64,000 nucleotides of DNA from positions 129,596 through 193,595 of the forward strand of contig JBHLMG010000002.1 of assembly GCA_048938385.1 (NCBI GenBank). Reading direction: 5' to 3'. This document shows, in pieces, positions 9,829 through 18,758 of the stretch. This DNA is from Promethearchaeota archaeon (GTDB lineage: Archaea; Asgardarchaeota; Hermodarchaeia; Hermodarchaeales; Hermodarchaeaceae). The first letter of the stretch is position 1; each line of letters opens with the position of its first letter. Under the pieces are notes generated by a model that worked only from the letters and a program-made list of their open reading frames with translations, did no database searches and was not told the origin of the DNA. A program made the position numbers and the translations under genes.

Positions 9829-10412
9829 GGATCCGGAAGGAAACTGGATGCTATCAGATGTGCTACGCGCACAGGTTCGGGAATTCGACTTCTTGTTGCA
9901 GTTTTCTGAACCAATTCCACGGCTTGCTTAAAGGGTAAACCAATCCATTGGAGGAAGATGGGGACTCGTCCAGAGCGTGATTTCACCGCACGAATGGGTC
10001 CCGCTGCCTTAAGCGTCGCCAATTTCTCCTCCCAATGATCAGGACTAATCCGCTGAAACGCTGTTTTCACACGATTCATATCTGGTTTCGAGTCGGATAC
10101 GGCGATTACCGGAAGACCAGTGGATTCTACTAGCCTTGGAAGATGCAAGACATTCACACCAGCAAAAATGGTATCCGCAGTCATTATCACACGGAGCTGT
10201 CCTTGATGGGGAGATTCACTGATCATCCTTGCGAGCTGTTCATTGACATCAGACCCATCTACGCGAATTGGGCCTTGTAGACAACCCTCCATCCATTTTC
10301 CTCCACGAAAGACTACTCCTACAAGACGGGTCCATTCATCCACTCCGCGGCGAAATCGCGCATCATCAACACCAAGAATCCGTATTTCCTCTTTGACCTG
10401 CCGGAACTTCAT
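9813..10412 (-). CDS. DUF99/UPF0215 family protein (archaeal, endonuclease-V-like fold)
   Basis: The EEIRILGVDDARF...VGVVFRGG...IRVDGSDV pattern is typical of UPF0215. It overlaps maf convergently by 16 nt. Confidence 0.75.
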   Translation of the reverse strand: MKFRQVKEEIRILGVDDARFRRGVDEWTRLVGVVFRGGKWMEGCLQGPIRVDGSDVNEQLARMISESPHQGQLRVIMTADTIFAGVNVLHLPRLVESTGLPVIAVSDSKPDMNRVKTAFQRISPDHWEEKLATLKAAGPIRAVKSRSGRVPIFLQWIGLPFKQAVELVQKTATRSRIPEPVRVAHLIASSFLPDPQPIQ

Positions 10413-10565
10413 TCTAATTCACGCTCTTGGTTTCATACAATGTGTCTCTTTATGGGAATTAATTATGTCAAGATTTCGCCTAGACATATTATACAATACT
10501 AAACCTAACCCTTACCGGCTTAAAAAGCGAAAGCCTAAATACCCCAGTCACCTCAGAGCGCCCAA

Positions 10566-11156
10566 GTGCAGAGTGATCTACTGATGCCAGGGTCGAAACA
10601 TCCCCCTGCTATTGAAGATTCAGCGCAAGTACTAGTAATCCGAGCTAGTGAGCTCTCTAACAAACTGGCAAAACTCCCCAAAACTGAGCTGATGTTGCTT
10701 AAGCGAATTTATGAAACCCCTAATGACGAACAAGCCCAAAAGGTCATTAATAAGGCATTTCTCACCGAATATTCTATTCACGAATTACGCGTTGCCCTCG
10801 CTGCTCTCGACGGTGTTCACGAACTACCACTTAGCGAATGCCCTATCGGCTACGCAAACGCCAAACCCTGGAAACCACAAAAGAACACCTCTCCCCTACC
10901 ACCACAACGCATAAAATCCCCCTCCAGTGAGGCACCCCCTCTACCTTCTGCCAAAGCCACCATGGAGATCAGCACAATCCTCACAAGCATGGCTATGGAT
11001 GATTTTCAATGGCTCCTTAAAAACTTCGGAACCCCACGCGATCTTCGATCACGACTGATCATCATTAAACATCGGTTGTATCAATATCGATGGGAAGATG
11101 TCGCGGCAACACTTGCTGCATTACAACGAACCCTCCCATCAGATGAATCTGAATAA
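10566..11156 (+). CDS. Hypothetical protein, paralog A (two related helical domains joined by a Pro-rich linker)
   Basis: 196 aa. It aligns by eye along its whole length with the next gene, for example ELSNKLAKLPKTELMLLKRI against QLSDKLSSLPNDELRLLRKF, and PRDLRSRLIIIKHRLYQYRWEDVAATLAAL against PRDPRSRFLLIRYHLYRFSREDLATTIATL. Confidence 0.6.
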   Translation: MQSDLLMPGSKHPPAIEDSAQVLVIRASELSNKLAKLPKTELMLLKRIYETPNDEQAQKVINKAFLTEYSIHELRVALAALDGVHELPLSECPIGYANAKPWKPQKNTSPLPPQRIKSPSSEAPPLPSAKATMEISTILTSMAMDDFQWLLKNFGTPRDLRSRLIIIKHRLYQYRWEDVAATLAALQRTLPSDESE

Positions 11157-11240
11157 TCTCCTCACCTTTCTTTTTTCCCAAATGGGAATATCTATATCAC
11201 ACGGTGTGTTACTCTCTACATCGCGAGAAGGGATCTAGTA

Positions 11241-11858
11241 TTGAATAATAGAAATCGACCTCCCTATGTACAGTCAAAACGGGTGAAGGTGCATCGAGCC
11301 CGTCAACTTTCCGATAAACTCTCTTCCCTTCCTAACGACGAGTTACGACTCCTTCGAAAGTTCATAAATAATCCTCAAGCGCCAGGTATTCAACAAATCC
11401 TCGCTAAACCCGTCCTAGCTGAATATACTATACAAGAACTCAGCGTTGCCCTAGCCATACTTAGTGGTATGGGAGAGATTTCCCTTCCCGCCATGAGTCC
11501 CCCTACAGGTACGGTTCATATCCGAGATATTAGCTATCCACCTAAAGCTCCATCATTACCGACAGTTAGCCTCATTGATGATCAAAACTCTCATATTCCC
11601 CACCAAATTAACCCCCAAATCGCCCATACGCTATCAACACTTGCGGATGAAGATTTTCTTCATCTGGCCCAGTACATCAATAACCCACGAGACCCACGCA
11701 GCCGGTTTCTTCTGATCCGCTACCATTTATACCGATTCTCTCGTGAAGATCTTGCAACTACTATCGCAACTTTACTTCGACTCCGTCGTCGAAAACGCTT
11801 CGAATCTAGCAAGTCACAACCATCCCGGCTCTCCCTTACATCCCCCAAATTCTCCTGA
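11241..11858 (+). CDS. Hypothetical protein, paralog B of 10566..11156
   Basis: 205 aa with the same two-domain layout, plus a basic/Ser-rich tail (RLRRRKRFESSKSQPSRLS). Confidence 0.6.
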   Translation: MNNRNRPPYVQSKRVKVHRARQLSDKLSSLPNDELRLLRKFINNPQAPGIQQILAKPVLAEYTIQELSVALAILSGMGEISLPAMSPPTGTVHIRDISYPPKAPSLPTVSLIDDQNSHIPHQINPQIAHTLSTLADEDFLHLAQYINNPRDPRSRFLLIRYHLYRFSREDLATTIATLLRLRRRKRFESSKSQPSRLSLTSPKFS

Positions 11859-11938
11859 TATATGCGATCAAAATATGAAAGCACTTTTACCCCTCCTGTT
11901 ATTGAAAACACTACAACCTACAGCGAAGGTGACACGCT

Positions 11939-13201
11939 TTGGAACCCGAACAATGTGAAGAGCCTAATCCCTATCATGTTGCTGTACAACAACTTGAAAT
12001 CGTAGCTGAAAAAATGAACCTTCAAGCTGACATTCTCGAACTGCTAAAACACCCTAAACGCACCCTTATTGTGTCCCTACCTATCCGTATGGACGATGGT
12101 CGCATCAAAGTCTTCACTGGTATGCGTGTCCAACATTGGGATGCATTTGGCCCGTTCAAAGGTGGTATTCGCTATCATCCCAAAGTTTGCCTTGATGAGG
12201 TAAAGGCCTTAGCGATTTGGATGTCAATCAAAACAGCAGTAGTGGGTCTACCATATGGCGGAGCAAAGGGCGGAATTGTTTGTAATCCAAAAGAGATGAG
12301 TGATAATGAGCTTGAGCACTTAACACGCCGGTTTACACATGAAATCATGGAGATTATTGGTCCTTATCGAGATGTTCCCGCCCCTGATGTCTATACTTCT
12401 GAGCGGGAAATGGCCTGGATTTATGATACATATTCGGAGGCACAGGGATATGCAACCCCTGAAGTCGTCACTGGGAAACCCATCGCTGTTGGTGGGAGTT
12501 TAGGTCGAAAGGAAGCGACCAGTCGTGGTGTAGTTATCACAGTTAGAGAGGCTGCAAAACGCCTGAAGCTTCCTCTTAAAGGTGCCACTGTAGCCATTCA
12601 AGGATATGGAAATGTCGGCTATAATGCTGCGGTCCTCATAGCTGAGTATGGGTCCAAAATCGTAGCAGTGAGTGATTCGCAGGGGGGTATTTACAATCCC
12701 GATGGTTTTGCTCCCAATGCTGTGATGGCTCACAAAAACGAAACTGGTTCCGTGGTCGGATATCCTGGCACTCAATCAGTTACCAACAACGAACTCCTCG
12801 AACTGGAAGTTGACATTCTCATCCCGGCAGCGTTAGAAAACCAAATTCTAGCCAAGAATGCTCCTAACATCAAGGCGAAAATTATTGGCGAAGGCGCCAA
12901 TGGACCTACGACACCAGAAGCCGACGAAATCTTGTACAAGAATGGCGTCTTTGTAGTACCTGACATCCTTGCGAACGCAGGTGGTGTCACGGTGAGTTAC
13001 ATGGAGTGGGTGCAGAACCTCACTCGAGAGTCTTGGACTGAGGAAGAAGTAAACTCGAAATTAGAAGCCCGCATGGTAAAGGCATTCGATGAAGTTTTCA
13101 CTGTCCATCAAAAAGAAAAGGTACACATGCGAACTGCTGCTTACATCGTAGCACTCACCCGGATCGCAGAAGCTGTAAAAGCCCGAGGCATTTTTCCCTA
13201 A
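11939..13201 (+). CDS. gdhA: Glutamate dehydrogenase (Glu/Leu/Phe/Val dehydrogenase family)
   Basis: KGGIRYHP, GLPYGGAKGG and GYGNVGY (Rossmann) motifs. TTG start. Confidence 0.9.
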   Translation: MEPEQCEEPNPYHVAVQQLEIVAEKMNLQADILELLKHPKRTLIVSLPIRMDDGRIKVFTGMRVQHWDAFGPFKGGIRYHPKVCLDEVKALAIWMSIKTAVVGLPYGGAKGGIVCNPKEMSDNELEHLTRRFTHEIMEIIGPYRDVPAPDVYTSEREMAWIYDTYSEAQGYATPEVVTGKPIAVGGSLGRKEATSRGVVITVREAAKRLKLPLKGATVAIQGYGNVGYNAAVLIAEYGSKIVAVSDSQGGIYNPDGFAPNAVMAHKNETGSVVGYPGTQSVTNNELLELEVDILIPAALENQILAKNAPNIKAKIIGEGANGPTTPEADEILYKNGVFVVPDILANAGGVTVSYMEWVQNLTRESWTEEEVNSKLEARMVKAFDEVFTVHQKEKVHMRTAAYIVALTRIAEAVKARGIFP

Positions 13202-13326
13202 TCAATGAACCTTCTCCTCTCAGTCCTCTTTGGATATCCACAGCATCTCCAATTGCTAGCTACAAAAAAAGTCAAACTGATAAGCTTGAATTACTCACAC
13301 ATTCCTGAATTAAGGCGGTCTCATCA

Positions 13327-14022
13327 GTGCAACTTGAGATACTCAATGGCATAATCTGGTCAATCTTTTGGGGCGGTTGGCTTGTGTTTATCGCTGCGTG
13401 CATCGCTCAAGCACTCAAAAAGAGTAGGGGTCAAACAAAAAGACCACCACAACCCCCTCCTGCCTATCAACCGTCAGTTCGTCCCCGATATTTACAGACT
13501 CCCTCACGCGGTATTGCTCCGGAAATTAAATTAGCTATGTGCCCTGAATGTGAAGCTACCATCCTTGCCCATGTAACCGTTTGCCCTCACTGTAATACAT
13601 CGCGTCCAATTTGTATGATCTGTCGTTATCCTTTTCCTTTGGATGCTGTGGCTCTTGCATGCCCGAATTGTGGAGGCCTAGCTCATCGTGTGCACATTCT
13701 TGAATACTTAAAAGGAAAGGGGGTGTGCCCCAACTGCCAGCAAACTTTGGATGTCCAAGACCTCGTCGAACAGCGCGTCGGTGCCACTTCTCAACATCCC
13801 CCCTCAACATACCTTCAATTTCTCTGCATCGTATGCCATCACAACCTCCAGAATACCGATCAAATACTTGAATGTCCACATTGTGAAGGCAAAGCACATC
13901 GAATACACTTCCTCGAGTATCTCAAAGTTAAAGGAAGGTGCCCCAGTTGTCTGGCAGAGTTAGATCCACATCAACTTATTTCCAAAATTGGTCTAGATTC
14001 ATCTGATGAAAGTGTGGAGTAA
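13327..14022 (+). CDS. Membrane-anchored protein with one zinc ribbon and two C4H2C2 cross-brace-type (PHD/RING-variant-like) zinc fingers
   Basis: The N-terminal TM helix is IIWSIFWGGWLVFIAACIAQAL, followed by a Pro-rich linker and a CPEC-x10-CPHC ribbon. Two modules then share the spacing C-x2-C-x12-C-x2-C-x4-H-x2-H-x10-C-x2-C (nt 13612-13737 and 13825-13950). Confidence 0.65.
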   Translation: MQLEILNGIIWSIFWGGWLVFIAACIAQALKKSRGQTKRPPQPPPAYQPSVRPRYLQTPSRGIAPEIKLAMCPECEATILAHVTVCPHCNTSRPICMICRYPFPLDAVALACPNCGGLAHRVHILEYLKGKGVCPNCQQTLDVQDLVEQRVGATSQHPPSTYLQFLCIVCHHNLQNTDQILECPHCEGKAHRIHFLEYLKVKGRCPSCLAELDPHQLISKIGLDSSDESVE

Positions 14023-14035
14023 AAAGAAAAACAGG

Positions 14036-14057
14036 GGCTGAGCAGTTTTGCTCAGCC
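14036..14057. terminator. 8-bp GC-rich hairpin between convergent genes (possible bidirectional terminator)
   Basis: GGCTGAGC-agtttt-GCTCAGCC. It is flanked by an A-run upstream and TATTT downstream, and it overlaps the stop of the minus-strand gene. Confidence 0.4.
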
Positions 14058-15650
14058 GAGTATTTGGTCGAAGACATCGGCTTCGACTTCGTGTGGCATT
14101 TGAATTCCTGTGACATCCCTAGCTAGAGGGGTAAGAGCCATCAAATCATTCCGATCCACCAAGTGCAGTTTGAACTTTCGCATACCTGCAATGAGCTGCT
14201 GGATACCGATACGAATGCGTTCAAAGTAGGTGTAGACACCAATCGCGGGCTTCGGAATCTGGTTATATTCGTTTCCAAAATGCCTTTTCAGTTCCGCAGA
14301 GGCAATGAAGAACTTCTCAGGATCATCACCATAATCCTCTACAAAGCTCTTTGGCAAGTTCCCTTCTTTGGCTAACTGCGTGAAGTAGTCGCTTTTCATC
14401 GCTGCCGTTAGGGGTGAACGGGCCACAGCTACAGCTTTGAAGAAGGGGCCGTTTCCAAAGTTACTCATCGCGATTGCTTTCACAATCTGCGCCTCATGGA
14501 TGAAACCGCCAGCAATTGATATGTCAGGGATATGCTTACCCTTCTTCTTCAAAATTTGGCACCCTTTGAGAACCTGGGCTGCAAGATACACTGTTGGTGT
14601 ACTAAGTTCATTCATGTGAGCCATGGGGCTCATACCAGTTCCACCACCTGCACCATCAAGGGTGAGCATATCGACTTTGCCTTCGCTAGCAGCTTTGAGA
14701 GCAAAGGCTGTAGCAGCTGGGCGGTATGCACCCGTTTTGAGAAAGACTTTCTTTGCACCTTGCTCACGGAGCCATTCAAGATCCTCAATGCAGCTCAAAT
14801 CGGGCATACCTACGCGACTGTGCCGTTCAAAGGTCTTGATTGACCCGTTTTTGAAGGCTTCTTGAACAACGGGGTCTTCAGGGTCAGGGAGGACAATGTA
14901 TCCACGACTCTTAAGCAGCTTGGCTCGCTCAAGGGTCTTTAGACGAACTTCGCCACCAATAGACTTGGCGCCCTGGCCCCACTTGCGTTCGATCACATTC
15001 ACTTCGAGCTTGGAAATTGCGTAGAGATCAACACCAAGCCGTTGGTCTTCGACATTGGTTTGAACGACGATATCACCGTGTTTGCCATCCCAGAATTTTC
15101 GATATGCGTCAATACGGAATTGCAGATCAGGTGAATGAGATATTTTTCCACCTGTGCTTTTACTTTCATTGTCCATTCCGCAGACATTCTCGCCAACGGT
15201 CTGAATCGTTCCTGCAATTGCAGAACCCATGGAGATGCCTTCCCAATGATTTTTCGCCACTGCCGTGGAGCCCAATCCTGCGATGAGCATGGGCAGCTTT
15301 AATGGGATACCACCTACCGAGGTGGACGCATCGGCGTTTGGGAAAATGGCAATATCTGAGTTAGCTTCGATTCCTTCAGCGCCTTGGAGTGCTGCCAGCA
15401 GCTGAAAGTTTGACCAATCGAGCCCAAAGTCCTTGTTGGCTGACGCTGTGCTTTGCCCAAAATACTCGTTTGTGGGGTAGAGCACTTCGTGGCCACGAAA
15501 TGCAGATTTACTGATCATACAGAGGACCTTGCAGTCTCGGATGCAGATACCGCACATTCCGCTAACGGGGTTAGGGTCTCTTGTGCGGAGGGCTGTACCG
15601 TCGGTGGATCGTGCGTTACATAGACTATCATCCATCACGATAAACCTCAT
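14052..15650 (-). CDS. FMN-binding glutamate synthase family protein (GltB domain-2-like, archaeal type)
   Basis: 532 aa with an N-terminal Cys cluster (CGICIRDCKVLC). The FMN/TIM-barrel signatures are LDGAGGGTGMSP and ISIAGGF. Confidence 0.85.
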   Translation of the reverse strand: MRFIVMDDSLCNARSTDGTALRTRDPNPVSGMCGICIRDCKVLCMISKSAFRGHEVLYPTNEYFGQSTASANKDFGLDWSNFQLLAALQGAEGIEANSDIAIFPNADASTSVGGIPLKLPMLIAGLGSTAVAKNHWEGISMGSAIAGTIQTVGENVCGMDNESKSTGGKISHSPDLQFRIDAYRKFWDGKHGDIVVQTNVEDQRLGVDLYAISKLEVNVIERKWGQGAKSIGGEVRLKTLERAKLLKSRGYIVLPDPEDPVVQEAFKNGSIKTFERHSRVGMPDLSCIEDLEWLREQGAKKVFLKTGAYRPAATAFALKAASEGKVDMLTLDGAGGGTGMSPMAHMNELSTPTVYLAAQVLKGCQILKKKGKHIPDISIAGGFIHEAQIVKAIAMSNFGNGPFFKAVAVARSPLTAAMKSDYFTQLAKEGNLPKSFVEDYGDDPEKFFIASAELKRHFGNEYNQIPKPAIGVYTYFERIRIGIQQLIAGMRKFKLHLVDRNDLMALTPLARDVTGIQMPHEVEADVFDQILG

Positions 15651-15819
15651 GTTTAATGTGTCGTGGGGGGGTCTTCACAATTGTAAAGAGGACTTGCCGT
15701 TTAGGTGGTCCAGTTAAAAAGACTTTGGTTGTATGGAACGGGCTACAAAGCTTATGTGGCGTTTGGAGATAGAAAGCCTTAAGCTCACTTATTTTCAAAT
15801 AGGATGGGAGGTTTTGTCA

Positions 15820-16032
15820 ATGGGTGTTATCAAAGTCATCGAATTAGTTGGAAACTCGACAAAAAGCTGGGAAGACGCAGCGAATAATGCTGTCAAGACG
15901 GCAGCAAAGACGCTACGTGGACTTGTCGGTGCAGATATTGAAGGCATGACTGCTGTCGTTAAAGATGGCAAAATCATCGAATACCGTGCGACTGTCAAGA
16001 TAGCCTTTATGATCGAAGATGTTAAAGGATAG
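15820..16032 (+). CDS. Dodecin (flavin-binding/storage protein)
   Basis: MGVIKVIELVGNSTKSWEDAANNAVKTAAKTLRGL...EYRATVKIAF matches the dodecin pattern. GGAGG lies 8 nt upstream of this internal ATG. The ORF track starts earlier, at 15733. Confidence 0.75.
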   Translation: MGVIKVIELVGNSTKSWEDAANNAVKTAAKTLRGLVGADIEGMTAVVKDGKIIEYRATVKIAFMIEDVKG

Positions 16033-16044
16033 TTGCCTTCTTGG

Positions 16045-16079
16045 GGGGGACGCTAATGTCCCTCGCCTTTCCTTTTTTA
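16045..16079 (+). terminator. Hairpin plus T-run downstream of dodecin
   Basis: GGGAC-gctaat-GTCCC followed by gcctttccTTTTTT. Confidence 0.4.
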
Positions 16080-16231
16080 TTAGCGACCACCGCTGTGTCT
16101 TCTATTGACTTCTTCTTTTTTAATCCGTCTCAATGGTTTACACGCGAGAATTGTTATTAACATCCTTTCAAATGGAAACACAAATTAAGTTCATTTCGGG
16201 AATTATTTGCCCTACTAATCGAGGGTTTCAT

Positions 16232-17338
16232 ATGGTTGAAGAAGTTGAAGTCTATCGAGCCTTACAACGGCACATGGACACATTTCCCATCCGTTTTCCC
16301 GAAAGGGAGGGTGGTGCTGAAATTCGACTCCTGAAAAGGCTTTTCACACCTCAAGAGGCGAAAATCGCTACAAAACTAAAATGGTCTGTGTCTCCTTCGG
16401 AAACACTGGATATCATCTATCCACGCTTGAAAAACACTGGAATATCAAAAGAGGAATTGGAAGAAACGCTGGATGAAATGGCCAAAAAGGGATTAATTTG
16501 TTATCAAAAAGATGGGGAAACCAAATATTATGCTAATGCCATGTGGGCTGTAGGTATCCTCGAATTCCAGGTGGACAAATTAACAAAAGCACTCGTCACA
16601 GATATGGCGCAATTCTATAAGGCTCGGCCTCTTCAAGAAATTCAGCGAACAGGAATAGGGCAACTTCGAACCATTCCTGTTGGACAGAGTATAAGACGGG
16701 AAGATAGCGTAGCCAATTATGATAATGTTAGACAACTCATTAACAAATCGAATGGTCCCTTCATACTAATCAATTGCGTTTGCCGTCAGACCAAAGATAT
16801 CGTGAATGAGCCTTGCAAGGCAACCGACCGTCGTGATCTATGCATCGGTATCGGTGATTTTACAAAACAATATCTTGACCTTGGTTGGGGTCGAGAAGTT
16901 TCCAAAGAAGAAATATTAGAGACGATTCGACAAAACGAGAACGAAGGATTGATTTTACAGCCTAGTAATTCACAAGATATCAAATTTCTATGTAGTTGTT
17001 GTGGTTGTTGTTGTTTAGGACTTGTGGGGGTAAAAGGTGCTTCTCGTCCTGTGGACTATTTCACAACCAATTACTATGCAGAAGTTGATGCGGATTCGTG
17101 CAGTAATTGTGGCACTTGTGTTGATGTATGTCAAATGGATGCAGTCACGCTTACAAATAATATCGCGAGTATTAGCCTTGATCGATGTATTGGATGCGGT
17201 GTATGTGTGGCGAATTGTCCTTCGGAAGCAGTGAGCTTGGTCAAGAAGGAGAAAGAGCATGTTCCGCCCAAAACGTTTGAAGACTTGTATGCTCAAATTG
17301 AACAAAGAAGAAGGGAATTAGAAAAGGCTACAAAATAG
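16232..17338 (+). CDS. 4Fe-4S dicluster domain protein with Cys-rich CSCCGCCC motif
   Basis: The C-terminus carries CSNCGTCVDVCQ and CIGCGVCVANCP ferredoxin motifs, with CVCRQ...FLCSCCGCCCLG upstream. The probable start is the ATG at 16232; the ORF track gives 16133. Confidence 0.7.
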   Translation: MVEEVEVYRALQRHMDTFPIRFPEREGGAEIRLLKRLFTPQEAKIATKLKWSVSPSETLDIIYPRLKNTGISKEELEETLDEMAKKGLICYQKDGETKYYANAMWAVGILEFQVDKLTKALVTDMAQFYKARPLQEIQRTGIGQLRTIPVGQSIRREDSVANYDNVRQLINKSNGPFILINCVCRQTKDIVNEPCKATDRRDLCIGIGDFTKQYLDLGWGREVSKEEILETIRQNENEGLILQPSNSQDIKFLCSCCGCCCLGLVGVKGASRPVDYFTTNYYAEVDADSCSNCGTCVDVCQMDAVTLTNNIASISLDRCIGCGVCVANCPSEAVSLVKKEKEHVPPKTFEDLYAQIEQRRRELEKATK

Positions 17339-17375
17339 CCTTCCAACTGCTCTCTGTTGCTCTATTTTTCTTTGA

Positions 17376-18062
17376 TTATCCTCGTCCACCACTGATTCGT
17401 CCATCAGACATGGTGAAATGACGATCAGCATACTTGATGAGCTCTTGATCGTGGGTTACGACAAGAAAGGTGATTTTCTCTGTTTTGTTAAGTTGGCGAA
17501 GGAGCTGCATGATGCTAGCTCCAGTCTTGGTATCCAAGTCTCCTGTAGGCTCATCGGCGAAGACGACTTTGGGATTATTCACTAAGGCACGGGCTATTGC
17601 AGTGCGTTGCTGTTCTCCGCCAGAAAGTTGTCGGGGGATGTGGTCTTTGCGTTCGACCATATCCACAGCACGAATGACTTCCATGGTCTTTTGTTCCACT
17701 TCTTTGTTGGTAAGTTTTGTTGGCCACAAAGGAGCTGCAACATTCTCAAATACATTCATTGTAGAGATGAGGTTGAAAAGTTGGAAAATGAACCCAATTT
17801 TTTCTTTGCGGATTTTTGGTAGAATCCTTTCATCAACTACAGTGAGATCCATTTGATCAAAGATCACGCGGCCATCCGTAGGTCGATCAAGACCTGAAAG
17901 CACATTGAGAAGGGTTGTTTTTCCACAGCCGCTTTTCCCTTCGACGACGATGAACTCTCCTGATCGAATGGTTAGATTAATATCACGAAGGGCGTGGATG
18001 ATTTCTCGACCGCGTCGATATTCTTTTTCAACACCTTGTGCAACGATTATTTCGTCTGGCAT
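17376..18062 (-). CDS. ABC transporter ATP-binding protein (MacB/LolD/FtsE-like)
   Basis: Walker A GKSGCGKTT, signature LSGGEQQR, Walker B VVFADEPTGDLD. Confidence 0.9.
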   Translation of the reverse strand: MPDEIIVAQGVEKEYRRGREIIHALRDINLTIRSGEFIVVEGKSGCGKTTLLNVLSGLDRPTDGRVIFDQMDLTVVDERILPKIRKEKIGFIFQLFNLISTMNVFENVAAPLWPTKLTNKEVEQKTMEVIRAVDMVERKDHIPRQLSGGEQQRTAIARALVNNPKVVFADEPTGDLDTKTGASIMQLLRQLNKTEKITFLVVTHDQELIKYADRHFTMSDGRISGGRG

Positions 18063-18080
18063 GTGTATTCATTTCCTCCG

Positions 18081-18668
18081 TTATTCAGGTCTGGTTAACG
18101 CCCTCATGGGACTGATTCGAAGTGTTCGCCAAATAAGAATCAGAATCCCTGGAACTTGAGCGATCATTACTGTGCTGAAGGCCATAATCATGAAGTCTGG
18201 TCGAATTAGTAAATGCCGAATGAACTCGGGAACAAAGACAATACTATTTCCTAAAGGATCTAGACTGAGAACGATCATTGTTGCAAAATAAAATCCTGAA
18301 ATAAGTACGCCTAAAAGAGCGATGGTAACGGTTGCGGCAATTGTATGGAAAATTATCTCTCCGAGCACGAGCTGTTGAATGTCAGTATTCGCCCATCCGA
18401 TGCATTTCAATGTGGCAATGTCGTCTCGCCGCCCATGGGCTAGGAGCCAGGCAAAAATTATTCCCATGATGGCACCAGCAAGAACGCTATAGCTTAGAAA
18501 AAGCATCTGGCTTGCCGCATTGACTGGGTCAAAGAAATAGATGAAGAAGTTTCGAATGATTATGGCAATCCAGGTCAGTAATATTGCATAGGCCACTAGA
18601 AAGACGATAAATCGGCGAGTCGTGCGAATACTGACTCGCCAAGACTTTAAGAAAATCCTCAACACCAT
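18081..18668 (-). CDS. Minimal FtsX-like ABC permease (4 TM, no large extracytoplasmic domain)
   Basis: 195 aa directly upstream of the MacB-type ATPase. The TM2-4 region contains RRDDIATLKCIGW, typical of the FtsX domain. Confidence 0.65.
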   Translation of the reverse strand: MVLRIFLKSWRVSIRTTRRFIVFLVAYAILLTWIAIIIRNFFIYFFDPVNAASQMLFLSYSVLAGAIMGIIFAWLLAHGRRDDIATLKCIGWANTDIQQLVLGEIIFHTIAATVTIALLGVLISGFYFATMIVLSLDPLGNSIVFVPEFIRHLLIRPDFMIMAFSTVMIAQVPGILILIWRTLRISPMRALTRPE

Positions 18669-18758
18669 CTTGTTTTTTCCTCTCGGATTCTTTTCATGTA
18701 GTGATGGTCTATAGATTCATTAGGCAGAAGCCTTATAACAGCTTTTACTCTCTGCTGA

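Noticed and set aside
17470-17856. Antisense shadow ORFs listed in the track (for example 2144..2404, 6148..6483, 12500..12775, 17470..17856, 20817..21281, 36740..37180, 56195..56527)
   Set aside because: All are fully embedded opposite strongly supported genes with clear family motifs. Their compositions (Ser/Arg/Pro-rich) are typical of non-coding antisense frames.
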